In this document: one piece after another, positions 1 to 12,729 of the stretch
Layout of the letters: every line of letters starts with the position of its first letter
Numbering within the stretch: position 1 is the stretch's first letter
Assembly: GCA_000697335.1 (NCBI GenBank)
Contig: JNEM01011395.1
Location: forward strand, 1-39,622
Reading direction: 5' to 3'
Source of the DNA: Conidiobolus incongruus B7586
Lineage: Eukaryota
DNA: 39,622 nucleotides
Program-made: the position numbers and the translations under genes
The notes under the pieces: model-generated
What the model saw: the letters and a program-made list of their open reading frames with translations, nothing else
What the model was told of the DNA's origin: nothing
Databases searched by the model: none

Positions 1-292
1 TTTATTTTTATTTTTAATATATTAAATTTTTAATTTATTTTAAATTTTAAAAAAAAAATTATAATTTAAAATCTAAAATAATAAATGAATTAAATTCAAG
101 AACTAAATATATTATAAACTATTCTTTATAAAAGTGTAATTAATCAATTTTTGAAGTTTATTTAAAAGAAAAAATGATTAAAATATTAAAACAAGTAATA
201 TTTATTAATATTCTTCTAATTAGTTTATGAAATATAATAATTTGATAATTATATTAAAATATCAATTATATAATTTAAGATTATAATATAAG

Positions 293-689
293 TGCAATAG
301 TAAAAAATTACCAATATAATATAGAGGAAGACTTGATATAGAGGTAGCATGACACAAAATATGGTAATATAATGTGGGATGCAATATGAATATGTAAACA
401 AAGTTTAATTAAGCTTCAAACTAGGATAAGTCACTGATATATTAAGATTTATATTAGGTAATGCCAATATATTATAATATTGACAGAATATAGTCTTAAT
501 CTTAGAAATAGTGAAAAGGATAAGAAATAGTAAGAATTGAGAGGAAAAAGAAAAACCTGGTTTATTAGATAATTTAATGTTATTTATATAATTAATTTAA
601 CTATAAAAGTATAAATTAATTATATAATTTATAATTAGTTGAATTATAAAGAAATATATGTAAGAATTTAAAGAACTAGTCTCTTAACA
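293..689 (+). repeat. ~400 bp dispersed repeat, putative solo LTR (copy A)
   Basis: Aligns along its length to the reverse complement of 29220-29602, e.g. TTAAGCTTCAAACTAGGATAAGTCACTGATATATTAAGATTTATATTAGGTAATGCC vs TTAAGCTTTAAACTAAAATAAGTCACTAATATATTAAGATTTATATTAGGTAATATC. The homology is bounded by TG...CA in this copy. The repeat is directly visible; LTR identity is inference. Confidence 0.7.
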
Positions 690-789
690 CATAAAAACCA
701 GTTATTATGATTATATCATAAAACTAAATAATAAAAATATTTTAAATTTTCTGTTTAAAAATTTTGAGTGTTTTTATTTAAGTTTTTTT

Positions 790-960
790 TCCTCCTCAAT
801 TTATAATAATTAAAAGATTTATAAAGAAATAAACATTTATAATAATGGTATGCATTCGGAAAACAATTGAAAAAAGCTTTTTTGATTGTTGGATATTTAT
901 CAATATATTTCATATTTTTTATTTTTGAATTAATTTTTCTAACCAAACAAACAAACATAA
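790..960 (-). pseudogene. possible decayed Mutator/MULE-type transposase fragment
   Basis: Translation IDKYPTIKKAFFNCFPNAYHYYKCLF resembles the MULE 'D...I..A....FP.A.H..C.FH' segment. Only one short motif is visible. Confidence 0.3.
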
Positions 961-2762
961 ATATTAAATATATTTATTATAATACCTTTTTATTGTCTTA
1001 TTTCAATAAATAAGTAATATCTAATAAAAATAATTAAGTCAGAAATATTAAATAATTTGCTATAGTTCTTTTCATATTAATAAAAATAAAATAGTTAAGT
1101 GAATACAAAAATCCAGATCAAATTGAATTTTTTATAATCTATAAATTATTCTATATAAATTAACAGGTTTACATAATAAGTTCCGAGAAGTTAAATAAAT
1201 AAAAAAATTAATTAAGAATAAATCATAGGATACATTGTTAATATATACTAGGAGCTTAAAAATCTTTAAACAATATATATTAGTCAGGTTGAAAGATATT
1301 TAAAACAGATCTTTTTATTATGTATTTGATTTTGAGTATTTTGTCTTTGTATTCTACTTTTTGTTTATTTTTAATTTTGTTAGTCTAAGATGGAATTCTT
1401 TAGCTCCTCCAGTATGTTGGAATGATTAATTCAAATTTATTCCACCAAGTAAATTTTCTGTGTTTTTGGAATATAAAGGTGGTTAATGAATTGTAAAAAA
1501 GTTATGACTCTGGTAACATTTACTTTGAAAATCTAATTAACACTATTTATTACTTATTTCCTAATATTCAACTGTAATAATTATCATTGTATTTTTTTAT
1601 AATATCTTAAAGCCATACTTGAATTAAATTTTTATTTAATTTTGACTATAAATTATTTATAATATAAATTTTTTAAGTTGAACTTGTAATTTTATGTTTG
1701 AAGTAATATTTAAAAATTCTCAATATAATATATTTTTCTATTATTATTTTCAATATATAGAAAAAAAATAATATATAATATCATTATTCAATTTAACTGA
1801 ATTTTTAAAATTAATTTAAGAATATCAATATTATATAAGTTTTTAATACAAAGTTTGAATAAAACAAAAAATTTATAATAGCCTCCATAGAATAACCATA
1901 TCTTGCATTATTACTACACAAAATAATTTCAAAAAATTTTAATACATATTAAAATATACTTAATTCCCAAATAAGTTAGCCTACTTTAATAAAATATTAG
2001 ATAAATATATAATAAATATAGAAAATCTAGCTAGATTTTCATTAGTAAAAAATTCAAATGGAATTAAAATGATTGAAATGTTAATTATCATAACAAAATT
2101 TTTATTATGTATTAATTTAACTTATGGATAGATTGATAGGAGAACTATTATACTAAATACACATATAGTCAATGAGAGTATAGAAATAATATTAATAGTT
2201 TACTAATGTCATGGATAATAAACATTATTATTATTATTATTATCAAGTATCATGTAAATATGTTTTTAATATATTATAAAGTTTATTTAACTGATATTCA
2301 AATTAATTTCAAAATATCTTGGGAATATATAATGATAAACTAATAGAAAATATGTTTATTTCTGTAGGATTTAATTGACTATATTAATATTTTTAAAAAT
2401 TTGGATATAATATAAAATTCAGAAATCTAATATAAAGTTAACATTAATTTATTTAATATTGTAATTATTTATAATATAAAAATATTTTAATATTATAATT
2501 TATTTAAAATTTAAAGTCTAATTAATCCAATATTGTCACATTAAAATTTATAGATTTGAACCTCTAAAAATTTTAAATTCCCTCCCAGTTATTATTAAAC
2601 TAGTAATTAATAAACAAACTTGTAATTATTTTAAATATGTTATTTTATTGTTAATTAATATTAATATTAAGATAATTTAAATGATATTAAATCACATTTG
2701 ATATTTTCATATTTTATGAAATAATCTAAATAAAAACATTTTATAGTTAATTTATAATTGGA

Positions 2763-3320
2763 TTAAATAATGAAGGCTTTTCTCATCATAGTTTGAACAA
2801 ATTTCTTGGTTTGATCACTAGTTATTGTTTCGGCAATCGCATATTTTAAAGGTAATTTCATAGGTACTTCCTCGCCATCCATAGCGTGCATCCCATTATT
2901 CTGAATAATTTGCTGATAATTCTTGAATTTTTTATAATTGGTCTCAGTCCAATCCTGAAGTTCAGGAACTTGACTCAATTGGTACGTTAGTTCTAAACTC
3001 ATCTGACCGTAAGATACCAACTGTTTGGCGGTCTTTTCGCTTACGTAAGGACTCATAAACGGTATAGCTAAAGGTAGCAGATCGATTACATCCTGAAGTT
3101 TTGGCTTCACAATAGGTATATCATCTAAGGGAATCGACTCAATAGCATCTTTAATTTCTGCAAGGATTGGATCAAAACTATCATCGACCACAGTTTCATT
3201 ATATTGTGCTGTAAATGTTGGTTCAGATTCAAAATATTGTTGTTTATTACTTGCTGTACATGATAATCCAGTAATTAATAATAGTTGATAAAATATGGTT
3301 AAATTTATATTGAATTTCAT
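2763..3320 (-). CDS. hypothetical secreted protein, 185 aa, family not recognised
   Basis: Uninterrupted ATG-TAA ORF with GC clearly above the flanks. The N-terminus MKFNINLTIFYQLLLITGLSCTA is signal-peptide-like, and a TATA-like element (TATAAATA on the minus strand) lies at ~3374-3381. Confidence 0.75.
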   Translation of the reverse strand: MKFNINLTIFYQLLLITGLSCTASNKQQYFESEPTFTAQYNETVVDDSFDPILAEIKDAIESIPLDDIPIVKPKLQDVIDLLPLAIPFMSPYVSEKTAKQLVSYGQMSLELTYQLSQVPELQDWTETNYKKFKNYQQIIQNNGMHAMDGEEVPMKLPLKYAIAETITSDQTKKFVQTMMRKAFII

Positions 3321-6300
3321 AGCTTTGGTAAAATTAAGTAATAAAATTTGAGTATATTACTGTGATGGTGAGGTATTTATATCATATTTATTTGTTTCAT
3401 TTTTTATGGCTTTAATGGTTGTATGCATGAATAGCTTGTGACTTTTTCTTTGATGCATAATGCAGGATAAAGTGAATGATTGGTCTTTGATAAATTGAAT
3501 TAAACATTAAATTTTGGTGATTCGTCAATTGAAAAATAAAATTCCTTAGTCCATAAGAGTTAATATGCTGACAAAATTCAAAACAATTTAATCTCTTGAT
3601 AATTAATACTTTTTAAAAATTACCAAAAAAATACTATAAACAGTATAAAAATCTTTCCAATCTGTACTAAAAGTGAAAGGTTCTTCAAATTATATATTAA
3701 TATTATAAATTCTTCCATTACAGAATAATTTTTTTAATTCTCGAATCAAAATTAAAAACTATAAGATAATAATTGACTGTAAAATAAGTTTTAAAATAAT
3801 ATAATATTGAAATAAATTAAATAACTTATAATATATATTTATGGTAATTTTATTGGTATATGATATTTTTTTATAATATGAATGTATTCTCACAAGAAAC
3901 TCCAATATTTATATTATCTAATAAAAATTATTTTTTCTTATTATACTAACAAATTACATTTTCATTTGTTTCAGCCAACTTATTTATCCTTTGGATATTA
4001 TTATAATCAATAACAATGCTATTCAAATTTCAAGATATGGTTGATTTGGAAAATATTTTATTTAGGTGAGATGTCTAATTTCAATAGCTTCAGCTTTTTG
4101 TAAAATTATCATAGTAGGATTAATATGGAAACTTTGAGATGAAATTCTCGTAATTTTAACAGAGGAAAACCATACTGTTCAACCTTTTTTGGAATTTATA
4201 ATATCCAATATTTAGAGTGAGATTTTAACTTAGCACCTATATTTATATAAATATAATTAAGATCCAAAATTGAAATAGCTATGGTCAATAAGGATGATAT
4301 ATTGGTATAAGCTTCAATGATATGAGTAAAATTCAAAAGGGTTTGATAATCGATTATTTAATCGAAAATATTTCTATATAAAATATCAATATTTATTACA
4401 TTACCAACAAAATTTTCAAAACATTTATATTTAATTACTATTTGAGATAATAATAGTTGAATATTATTACAATTATAAATTGGATTGTTGATGATATATT
4501 AAATAGTTCTTTCATTAAAAAAATTGAATTTTGAATTATCTGGTACACAAAATGACTGCTCATCTATTTATTGTTATATGAATATACTTAGGATTAATAA
4601 CTATATATATTGTATATTAACTTGAAATTATATTTTCCAATATTATAACACAAAAAGCGGTTAAAATATTTTTGTATAGGATATTGAAAATATGTTCAAT
4701 ATTAATATTTTGGGCTAAGATCCTTAAATATTTCCATTCACTAAAATGATTCGACAATAAAATATAATTAAATATTGATATTTATATAAAATACAATTTT
4801 GCGAAGAATAAATAATTTACCTCTTATTATATGAATAGCTATCTTCAATTAATATAGAAATCATAATTATTATATATAGTTTTATTTTTTAAATATTTAT
4901 CTCATTGAATCATTAATAAGTTTGTAAAATCTAGATTTAACTTATGAATATTTATAAGTGAAAAAATTAAGAAATCGATGTAATATAATAATGGCAATTG
5001 GTCTAATATGGATAATTTAATAATTGTTTCATAACTTTAAATTCTTTTGGTTTCCAACATTATTAATGTATTGATTGTTATTTTCATAATAAATTTATTT
5101 GGTTCTTGTATATAGGTTTGAATTGTTTTAAATAAGCAATTAAATGCTCAAAAAATTATATTATATATTATGTATTATATATTTTAATAGTATTAAGTAT
5201 ATACAATATAATAAAATGACTACCCAAATATTGTAATTCAATCATATAAACAAAATCTTAAAGTTGAATGTATCTTGTGAAAGAAAGTTTAAAAAGAGAT
5301 ATTATGAAAATCGTTTGTAAAATTATTATTCAAATTTCTAGAATTAGAAATATTCATTATCACTGTTTACATTTACATTCGGGTTGATTAAATCCAGATC
5401 AGACTATTTTTTTTAATAAAATATAATAAAAATTTCCAAACTTTGATTTGAAATAATAACCAAATTTACAATATTTAAATTATGATTATGAATATCATTA
5501 TTTCATAAATAATTCTTAATATATTTTTATTGCTAAAGAGTAATCCAATAAATATTATTACAATATAATTAATGACATTAAAATTTAGCGATTGTGTTAA
5601 CTAATATTGATAATTTCAGCTGATGGAGTTAATAACTTGATATTCTAATAAATGCTATATAGTAAAAATATATAATATATAACAGAAAACATTCGAATGG
5701 ATCAAATTTTGAGTAGTATATAAAAAATCATATACTTATTAAAATTTCTATTAACAATGTTTTTATGCTAATTATAAGATTATTAAATGTTATTTTTCAC
5801 TGCTATATCTTTACACAAGCTAGTGGTAATATTCTACCTGAATCACATCCTTCCTCTCTTTAAGATTTAGTTATTTTATTCAAATACACCACTTAAGAAC
5901 TATCAATATAAAAAATAAATAATGGAAAAATTTTAAAATAAAAATTAGATAAAATCTCAAATATATAATATATAAAAATAATTAAATAAATAATATAGAA
6001 TTAATGCCCTATTTTGTTATTAATAACCTTTTGATATATCTCTTGCAAGCTTATAACAACTAAAAAACTGTTTTGTTGATTAATAAATTAAATTTAATAT
6101 TTAATAAACTAATTAAATTTGTTATTAATAATTTTCTGACTAGCAAACTGCTTAGTTATATAAATTAACTATAGTTACATAGGTTATAAACTATTTTATA
6201 TATTTAACTTTATAGTTTCCTTATTATTGAGTAAAAAATATTTTACATTTTAAATTTAATATATCAATAGTTATTATGTACCTAGTAAGTATTTATAGTT

Positions 6301-7086
6301 TATAATCAAAATACTAAGCAAAAGTTATTTTATTTAAGAATATGAATTTATATTAAACTAAAATAAATTTAAAAATATAATGAATAAATAAATTCTTCTG
6401 ATTAATTACAATAATAAGCATTTATTTAGAAATAAAATATTTATTTATTGGAATTTATAAAAGGGATTCTATCAACTTAAGCTAGTATTTTTATTATTTA
6501 TAAATAAAAATAATATTAAGGAATTAATGGTTTTATTATTCTATATGATTTTTGTTATATTTTAATAAACTTTATTTAATTATAATTATTTTAACCTTTT
6601 TCTAAGGTTTTGTTAAGTTTTAAGATATTTATTATATATTTTCATTAATTAAATAAAGTTTATACAAATAAATATAATATTAATAACTATTCAATCAAGA
6701 TAAAAAATGTTTTTTATATACTTTTTTATTATAATAATAAAAAGAAAGGATAAAAATTAACCTTTAGATTTGTAATACTTTAAATAATATTATTTTGATC
6801 TGCAAAATAACTAAGCTAGTAATAAATGGTAGTTTTAAGTAAATAATCCTTTTATAAAAATTTATCAATTTTTAATGATTTCAAATAGTTTATGATTAAG
6901 TTTCAATAATATTTCTAATAAAAAGTTTAATAATCATTATATTATTTAAGTATAATTAAATTAAATAATAAATTTTTGAATAAAATTATTTTGATACAAA
7001 GATTAATATAAATGAATATATATAGTTTATAAATATTAATTCTTTTATATTTATTCTATATAATTTAATTTTTAAAGTTAAAAATA

Positions 7087-7120
7087 TATTAGCTTGCAAA
7101 AGTAAGTCATAAAATTAAAA
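7087..7120 (+). repeat. left terminal inverted repeat of Tc1 element
   Basis: TATTAGCTTGCAAAAGTAAGTCATAAAATTAAAA; pairs with 8617-8650. Confidence 0.88.
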
Positions 7121-7315
7121 ATATAAATATTTCTATTAATATTTTAATTTATTCTAATTTAAATAAATTTATATTAAACTATGTTATTAATATATATTTT
7201 TTATTTATAATATAATATATAAAGTTAAATTTAATTAATTATTAATTGATATATTAAAACTAAAAGTATAGCTAAGATAAGTTATAAATTTGTAGATTTT
7301 AATATTGATAAAAAA

Positions 7316-8330
7316 CTAATATCTAGTTTATCTATCTTTTGTATTTTTAACTTCTTTAAGTTTGTAAGATATAAAGTCAACTAGCTTCTTATATTAAACA
7401 AGATTAATATTATTCTAAGCTTCTTGAATATACTCCCAAAGTTGATCTAAATTTTTTATTAAAGGGAAAGCTTTAATTGATTTTTTTAGTTGATTTAAAG
7501 ATATTCAATTAGGTTAAGATTAAGAGATTGAAGAGGTTATTTCATAATAGTTATTTTGTTATCTTTAAGCTATTTAATAATAGAATTTATAATATAACAA
7601 GGGGTATTATCTTATAAGAAAATAATATTTGATTTATTTAACCATACTACTTAATAATTTTTTTCAATTTATTGTTTAAAATATTTTAATACATCTCAAT
7701 ATTAATTCCCTTATTAACCTTATCAAAATACTATACATTTAAAGATAACATATATCTTTAAACTATAATTAACCTATTATTGTATTTTTAGGTTATAATA
7801 ATATAATGGTTATAAAGTAATTTTTTATCTTTTTTGAAATATCTAGCTTTTCTATTAAATTTATTAAAATATATCTTTGTTTTATTATACTAAATAATTT
7901 TACTCTAGTTAATTTTAGTTCAACTTTAGTATTGGCATTTAAATTCTTACCTAGTTTTATGATAAGACTTCTTTAATTAAAGGTGTTTTTTCTTGAAATA
8001 TAAATGATATCTATTTTAACTTACAATATATATAATAGTATTAATACTAATTAATATTCTTATATAGTTTTATAATTCTTATTGTACTTCTACAATAGTA
8101 TTATATTTACCTATATTAACTAATTTATAAATATACTTTTCATTATATATATTTATAATTTTAATATACTTAAGTTTTAGTTTAAGTGTTTCTTTAGCAT
8201 TATTCTTAATAATCTTAACTATAGTAGATTAGCTAATATTAATAATTCCAATAATCTCATAAGTTAATTTATTTTTATTATAAAGTTAATTAATATGTAA
8301 GTGAACTTTTTTAGAGAGAGATTTAAACAT
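7316..8330 (-). pseudogene. Tc1 transposase pseudogene (~338 codons, many stops, small frameshifts near 7640 and 7490)
   Basis: Manual translation from ATG 8330: N*SKII*YNKTK (=DW.KVIW.DETK), KYNNRLIIV*RYM (=KHGGGSIMVWGCM), FL*DNTPCY (=F.QDNAPCH), K*PLQSLNLNLIEYL* (=WPPQSPDLNPIEHLW), and terminal KDR*TRY*. There are exactly 34 residues between the second D and the E. Confidence 0.92.
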
Positions 8331-8616
8331 TATAATATTAATTTTAAAATATTAGCTTAATAGTTTTATAATATATATAATATAATAAGAAAAAAAAGAT
8401 ATATATAAGTTTTGTTATTTATACCCTTTTAATATATAAACCTATAGATTTATAACTCACCTTGGTTAAATTTTAGGTTTTAATCTATTAACCAATAGTT
8501 AATAAAATATAATCAAATATAGTTAGTTATAATCAACTAATATAGGTAAATTATATATTTTAAATTAAATTTATTTAATTAAGAATTGTTTAAGATATAA
8601 GTAAATATATAAGTAA

Positions 8617-8650
8617 TTTTGATTTTATAACTTACTTTTGTGGGCTAGTA
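8617..8650 (-). repeat. right terminal inverted repeat of Tc1 element
   Basis: Reverse complement TACTAGCCCACAAAAGTAAGTTATAAAATCAAAA; six mismatches to the left TIR, all transitions. Confidence 0.88.
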
Positions 8651-10477
8651 TATATTTAAAAAATTAAAATTAAAAAATTTGATATTTTTTGGTTAAAAAA
8701 TAATATAACTAAAATAAATTTATATTTACTTTAAAAAGTTTTCTTAAATAAGAATTTTATTAATATAAAATTAATTTCAAAACCAAATATAAAAATTTAA
8801 TCCTTATATAAATAGCTTTAGTTTATTATATATCTAAATAATCTCTTGATATATTTATTTTAAATATTTTACAAAGATTTATATATATTGCAATCTTAAA
8901 TAATTATTAAAAAATTATTTTAATATAATAACTATATAAAAATGAATTATAATAGCATTTGTTTTTATTTAATTTAATTTATATAATATATGATAATTAA
9001 ATAATATCTATTTATTTTATGTTTTTAACTTAAATATTAATTTTTATATTTATTTTAGATATAATAATCTATAGTTAATTATTTAATTTATCAAATATTA
9101 TAATTTTTAATTATAAATATTTTCAACATTTTAAATTATTTTTAATATTGTCTCTATAAAATTACTCACTAAAAACTATTATTTAAAATAAGTTTGAGAA
9201 TTTTTAACTTAAAAAATATTTATCATATAATATTTTACATATGAATGTGAAAAATAATGTGAAATTTATTAAATATCAATTATTAATAATTTTACCAATT
9301 CTATTATATATTCATTCTGAATATTATATAAATCATTAACAGATATATTGATGGCTAAAGAAATATTAATCTATATATATAATGTTCATTTTATTATATA
9401 ATGGTGAAATTAGGTGAAAATTATTTTAAGAAGTGATGTTATTTATATTTCATAATATGAATGATATGATAATTCAATTAATTTTTAATCTATTAAGGAA
9501 TTTCCAAGTATTGACTAGTTTGTTATATTATTTATAGAGTTCACTGTTATTTTAGTGTTATCAAGAACATCTCAAATTTCAAAATAAAATATATTTAAAC
9601 AATTTTGCTTTTGACTAGCTTTGTATGAATCAATATCAAGAGTAATATTCAATACAAATGTTATGACTTTTACCACTAAATTGCTGAAATAAGATTAAGA
9701 TGAACATGAGAAAAACCATATGGTGAATAATGATAACCGCCTTAGTTTTCCATTAATACAAAAAGTGGTTGGATTTCGGATCAATATTCTGATGATAAAT
9801 TATTTAAACATGATGGATCAAATACTGTAACACATTCATTTAGGAATTATTTAAAAATCAGTAAAGCTTGATTATAAATCTTCAATTTAAAATATTATAA
9901 ATTTTTTATCTTGGTTAATATTAATTACAGAATTGAAATTGAATATAAATATTATACATAGTTAAGTCATATTACTTTGACTGTTGCAAAGATTGAATTT
10001 TACTTAGTTCGCTTCAAGTTATACGTTTTAATTAAAAATTTATAGATTGAAGTCTCATTACTTGTTTTATTAATACTCATTTGATTTTAATTAATATCCT
10101 TCAGTAATTAACTCTCCAGCCTAGTTAGTTCAAGTCAAAAATCCAGCTTTAACAATTAATCTATATTACAAATTTATTAATGTATTAGATTGATATTAAA
10201 ATGTCGATAAATATATTAATATTATGATATAACAATTAAATATCTCTTATTGTTGGTCAATCATTTATTTGATCATAATCAATTTCGCTGTAAACATAGC
10301 ATAGTATATTACCCTTTAAATTTTTATAATTGCTTTATTATCTTTTAATTTATTCAAATATTCTATTAATTGAATATTAGATTGAGAATATATGTGACTG
10401 TGCGCTGCAAAACCACTTTTATCAATTACTTCAACAGTAAATATTATAACGTTAGTGATACAAAAACAGAAGTTTAT

Positions 10478-11236
10478 CTAGTTAATAGAGCCGTTGAATT
10501 TTGTAAAAGTGATTTTTTCATGTTTAAGACACCAGTAATATTTGCTAGGATTGGTATTAGGGTTATCAGGATCTGGCATGGGTTTCACTCTGGAGTATCC
10601 AGCATCCGTGAGAACACGATGAACTGTAGATGAACCTACTTTCATTCCCTCTTCGGTAAGCTCTTTAGCAATATCTCTACACGACTTCTCCCTTCCATTA
10701 ACACCATTAACTTTGGCGATTATTGCATCCACAGTGGATTGTTTACGGGGCCTTCCAGATTTGGGACATTCTGCAAGGTGTTCATTTTTAATCTGAATTG
10801 GCAAAGAGCTAGGATTAAATCCACGTTTAACGGCCATGCTCCAGATAGAGCCCACAGTTCCTCGCGATACTCCGAGGTTTTTGGCGATTTGATTGTTGGA
10901 CATATCTGTGAACACCTTTAGTGCTATAATAGCACCCCTTGTCGCAGTATTAGTTAGGTTGGATACTTGTTTCTTTTCTTTGTCCCTGGGCTCACCCTGA
11001 GTAGTTGTAATTGAGTCGTTTTGCGCCGTATCAGCACCAGTATTGCTCTCTACTTGATTTTCTCGTGTATCGCCCTGGGAGACAGTATCTAAGTTATTTT
11101 GATTTGAATTTTCGTTCGAATTAGATTCCTGTTGAATAGTGCTAGACTGATTCTTGGAGGTATCATTTAAATCATTTGATTGAGTATTTTCTAAACTAGT
11201 AGTAATAGGAAAATTTTCTGGCTGATTAGAACTCAT
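10478..11236 (-). CDS. Tc1 transposase-derived HTH DNA-binding protein without DDE domain (array copy 1, intact, 252 aa)
   Basis: Low-complexity N/S/Q/T N-terminus, HTH1 (SNNQIAKNLGVSRGTVGSIW), KSGRPRK AT-hook-like linker, HTH2 (SCRDIAKEL..EGMKVGSSTVHRVLTDAGY), then YYWCLKH and a stop. Confidence 0.85.
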   Translation of the reverse strand: MSSNQPENFPITTSLENTQSNDLNDTSKNQSSTIQQESNSNENSNQNNLDTVSQGDTRENQVESNTGADTAQNDSITTTQGEPRDKEKKQVSNLTNTATRGAIIALKVFTDMSNNQIAKNLGVSRGTVGSIWSMAVKRGFNPSSLPIQIKNEHLAECPKSGRPRKQSTVDAIIAKVNGVNGREKSCRDIAKELTEEGMKVGSSTVHRVLTDAGYSRVKPMPDPDNPNTNPSKYYWCLKHEKITFTKFNGSIN

Positions 11237-11994
11237 TAAAAAAACTTATTTACAAAATTTATTTAGTAAAAATATAAGAATATTAATAATTTTAATTTTA
11301 AACAACTCAATTAAATAATTTAATTTAAATGCTGATCGACCTTTGTTATATACATTTTGTTATTTTAATAATTAATTATGGTATCAAATTCAAATTCAAA
11401 CTTGATCAAATTGTTGAATTTGTTTGCAGTTAACTAATTTGAATTTAAATTATTCACCTAAAAATATAATCAGATCAAGTTATCAAGTATATTACACATG
11501 TCGATATAAAAAAGATATTGCGATTAGTATAGCTCTAAATATAAGGTATTTGGTATAAGGTAGATTTGATGATAATATGATCATTGACATCAGGACAATT
11601 TAAAAATAGTCTTTATACAATCAGCTGATCATTTGATTATTTATGCAATTTTAAAATACAAAAATTATCTGCCAAAAATACCTGTTTTGTGTTTAATGTT
11701 CAGTTTATTAACTTGAGATCATAAATAAATTTTTAAAATTCATGATTTTATATTATTATCAGTTAATTTACTAATTTTTATGATTTAAATATATGATTAA
11801 ATATGTGAATTGATTAATTTATATGTTCTCTCAGTTTCCAATTGAGGAAATGAATATATTATGTAACGTAATCCAATATTAAATTGATTGATTTTTAATT
11901 TACAAGTATATGAGGTAGTGTATAAGACAACAAGATCCATTTCATTTCTAGTATTGTATCATTCAATACCCAATCAAAGTATAAAACAGAATAT

Positions 11995-12729
11995 TTAGTT
12001 TGGCTAGATATTGGATTTTATAAAAATGATTTTTTTCATTTTTAAGACACTAATAATATTTGTTAAGGTTGATATTATAACTGAATGGATTTTGATAGAT
12101 TGAACTCAGAAGTATCCAGCATCTGTAAGAGTACGATGAACTGTAGTTGAATCTACTTTGGTTGTCCCTTCATTAAGATCCTTCGCTATATCATTTACCA
12201 ATTTCTCTCTCCCATTGATACCATTAACCTTAGCAATGATTGTATCTCTTGCACTCTGCTTGCTCGGACTTCCATATTTGACAATATCTGAAGATGTTCA
12301 CTACGTATACAAAGAGGTTTTAGTTTAGGACCGAAACATTTCTAATTGCTAGATCATAGTTTTTACCTACAGTGGTTATACTAATTTGGAAATTGGACAT
12401 ATTCGTGCATACTTTCAATGTTAAAATAGGACCCTTAGTCGTAATATAAGTTAAGCGACTTCCTCGTTTCTTCTCTCCTTCTTGAATTGTAATCTGTGAA
12501 GTAGTCTCCTGATTGTTTTGCACTGTATTATTCACTGTACTGGAACAACTTAAGTTTCTCAAAATTGCCTCTGGGAGACAGAAATTGAAATGGTTTTTTA
12601 GTACTATCAACAGCATCAGGTTCTACTTCGTTTGCTGAAGCTTTATTTTGAGTGTTACCACTCAAATAGTTGTGAAATATTTTCAAATCTATTCGGAATA
12701 AGAAATCCTTCCCGTGGATTTTACATCAT
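11995..12729 (-). pseudogene. array copy 2, pseudogene
   Basis: Nucleotide-level similarity to copy 1 (AGTATCCAGCATCTGTAAGAGTACGATGAACTGTAG vs AGTATCCAGCATCCGTGAGAACACGATGAACTGTAG). TKGPILTLKVCTNMSNFQI is retained, YYW has become YY* (TGG->TAG), and there are frameshifts/a deletion. The 5' end is approximate. Confidence 0.85.

Larger units (their letters stand above)
7087..8650 (-). mobile_element. complete Tc1 (DD34E) DNA transposon, inactivated by C->T/G->A hypermutation
   Basis: 34 bp TIRs at 7087-7120 and 8617-8650 (28/34 identical), TA on both outer sides (7085-86, 8651-52), and a transposase relic between them. Confidence 0.92.

Noticed and set aside
3950..5450. Possible decayed multi-pass membrane (7TM-like) gene on the minus strand
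   Set aside because: Only scattered hydrophobic stretches, which AT-rich DNA produces by chance. No frame could be reconstructed.
6430..6485. KIFIYWNL*KGFYQLKL, resembling the Ty3/gypsy RT 'DL..GF.Q' motif
   Set aside because: I could not find the downstream PFGL or YxDD motifs at the expected spacing, so it is insufficient to call.
7316..8330. Alternative genetic code (TAA/TAG read-through) explaining the stops
   Set aside because: Stops replace both Trp and Gln and co-occur with transition missense changes in catalytic motifs, while intact genes end normally in TAA/TAG.
10370..10921. Plus-strand ORFs over copy 1 (likewise 20051-20431, 31741-32148, 34047-34334)
   Set aside because: Antisense to better-supported genes.
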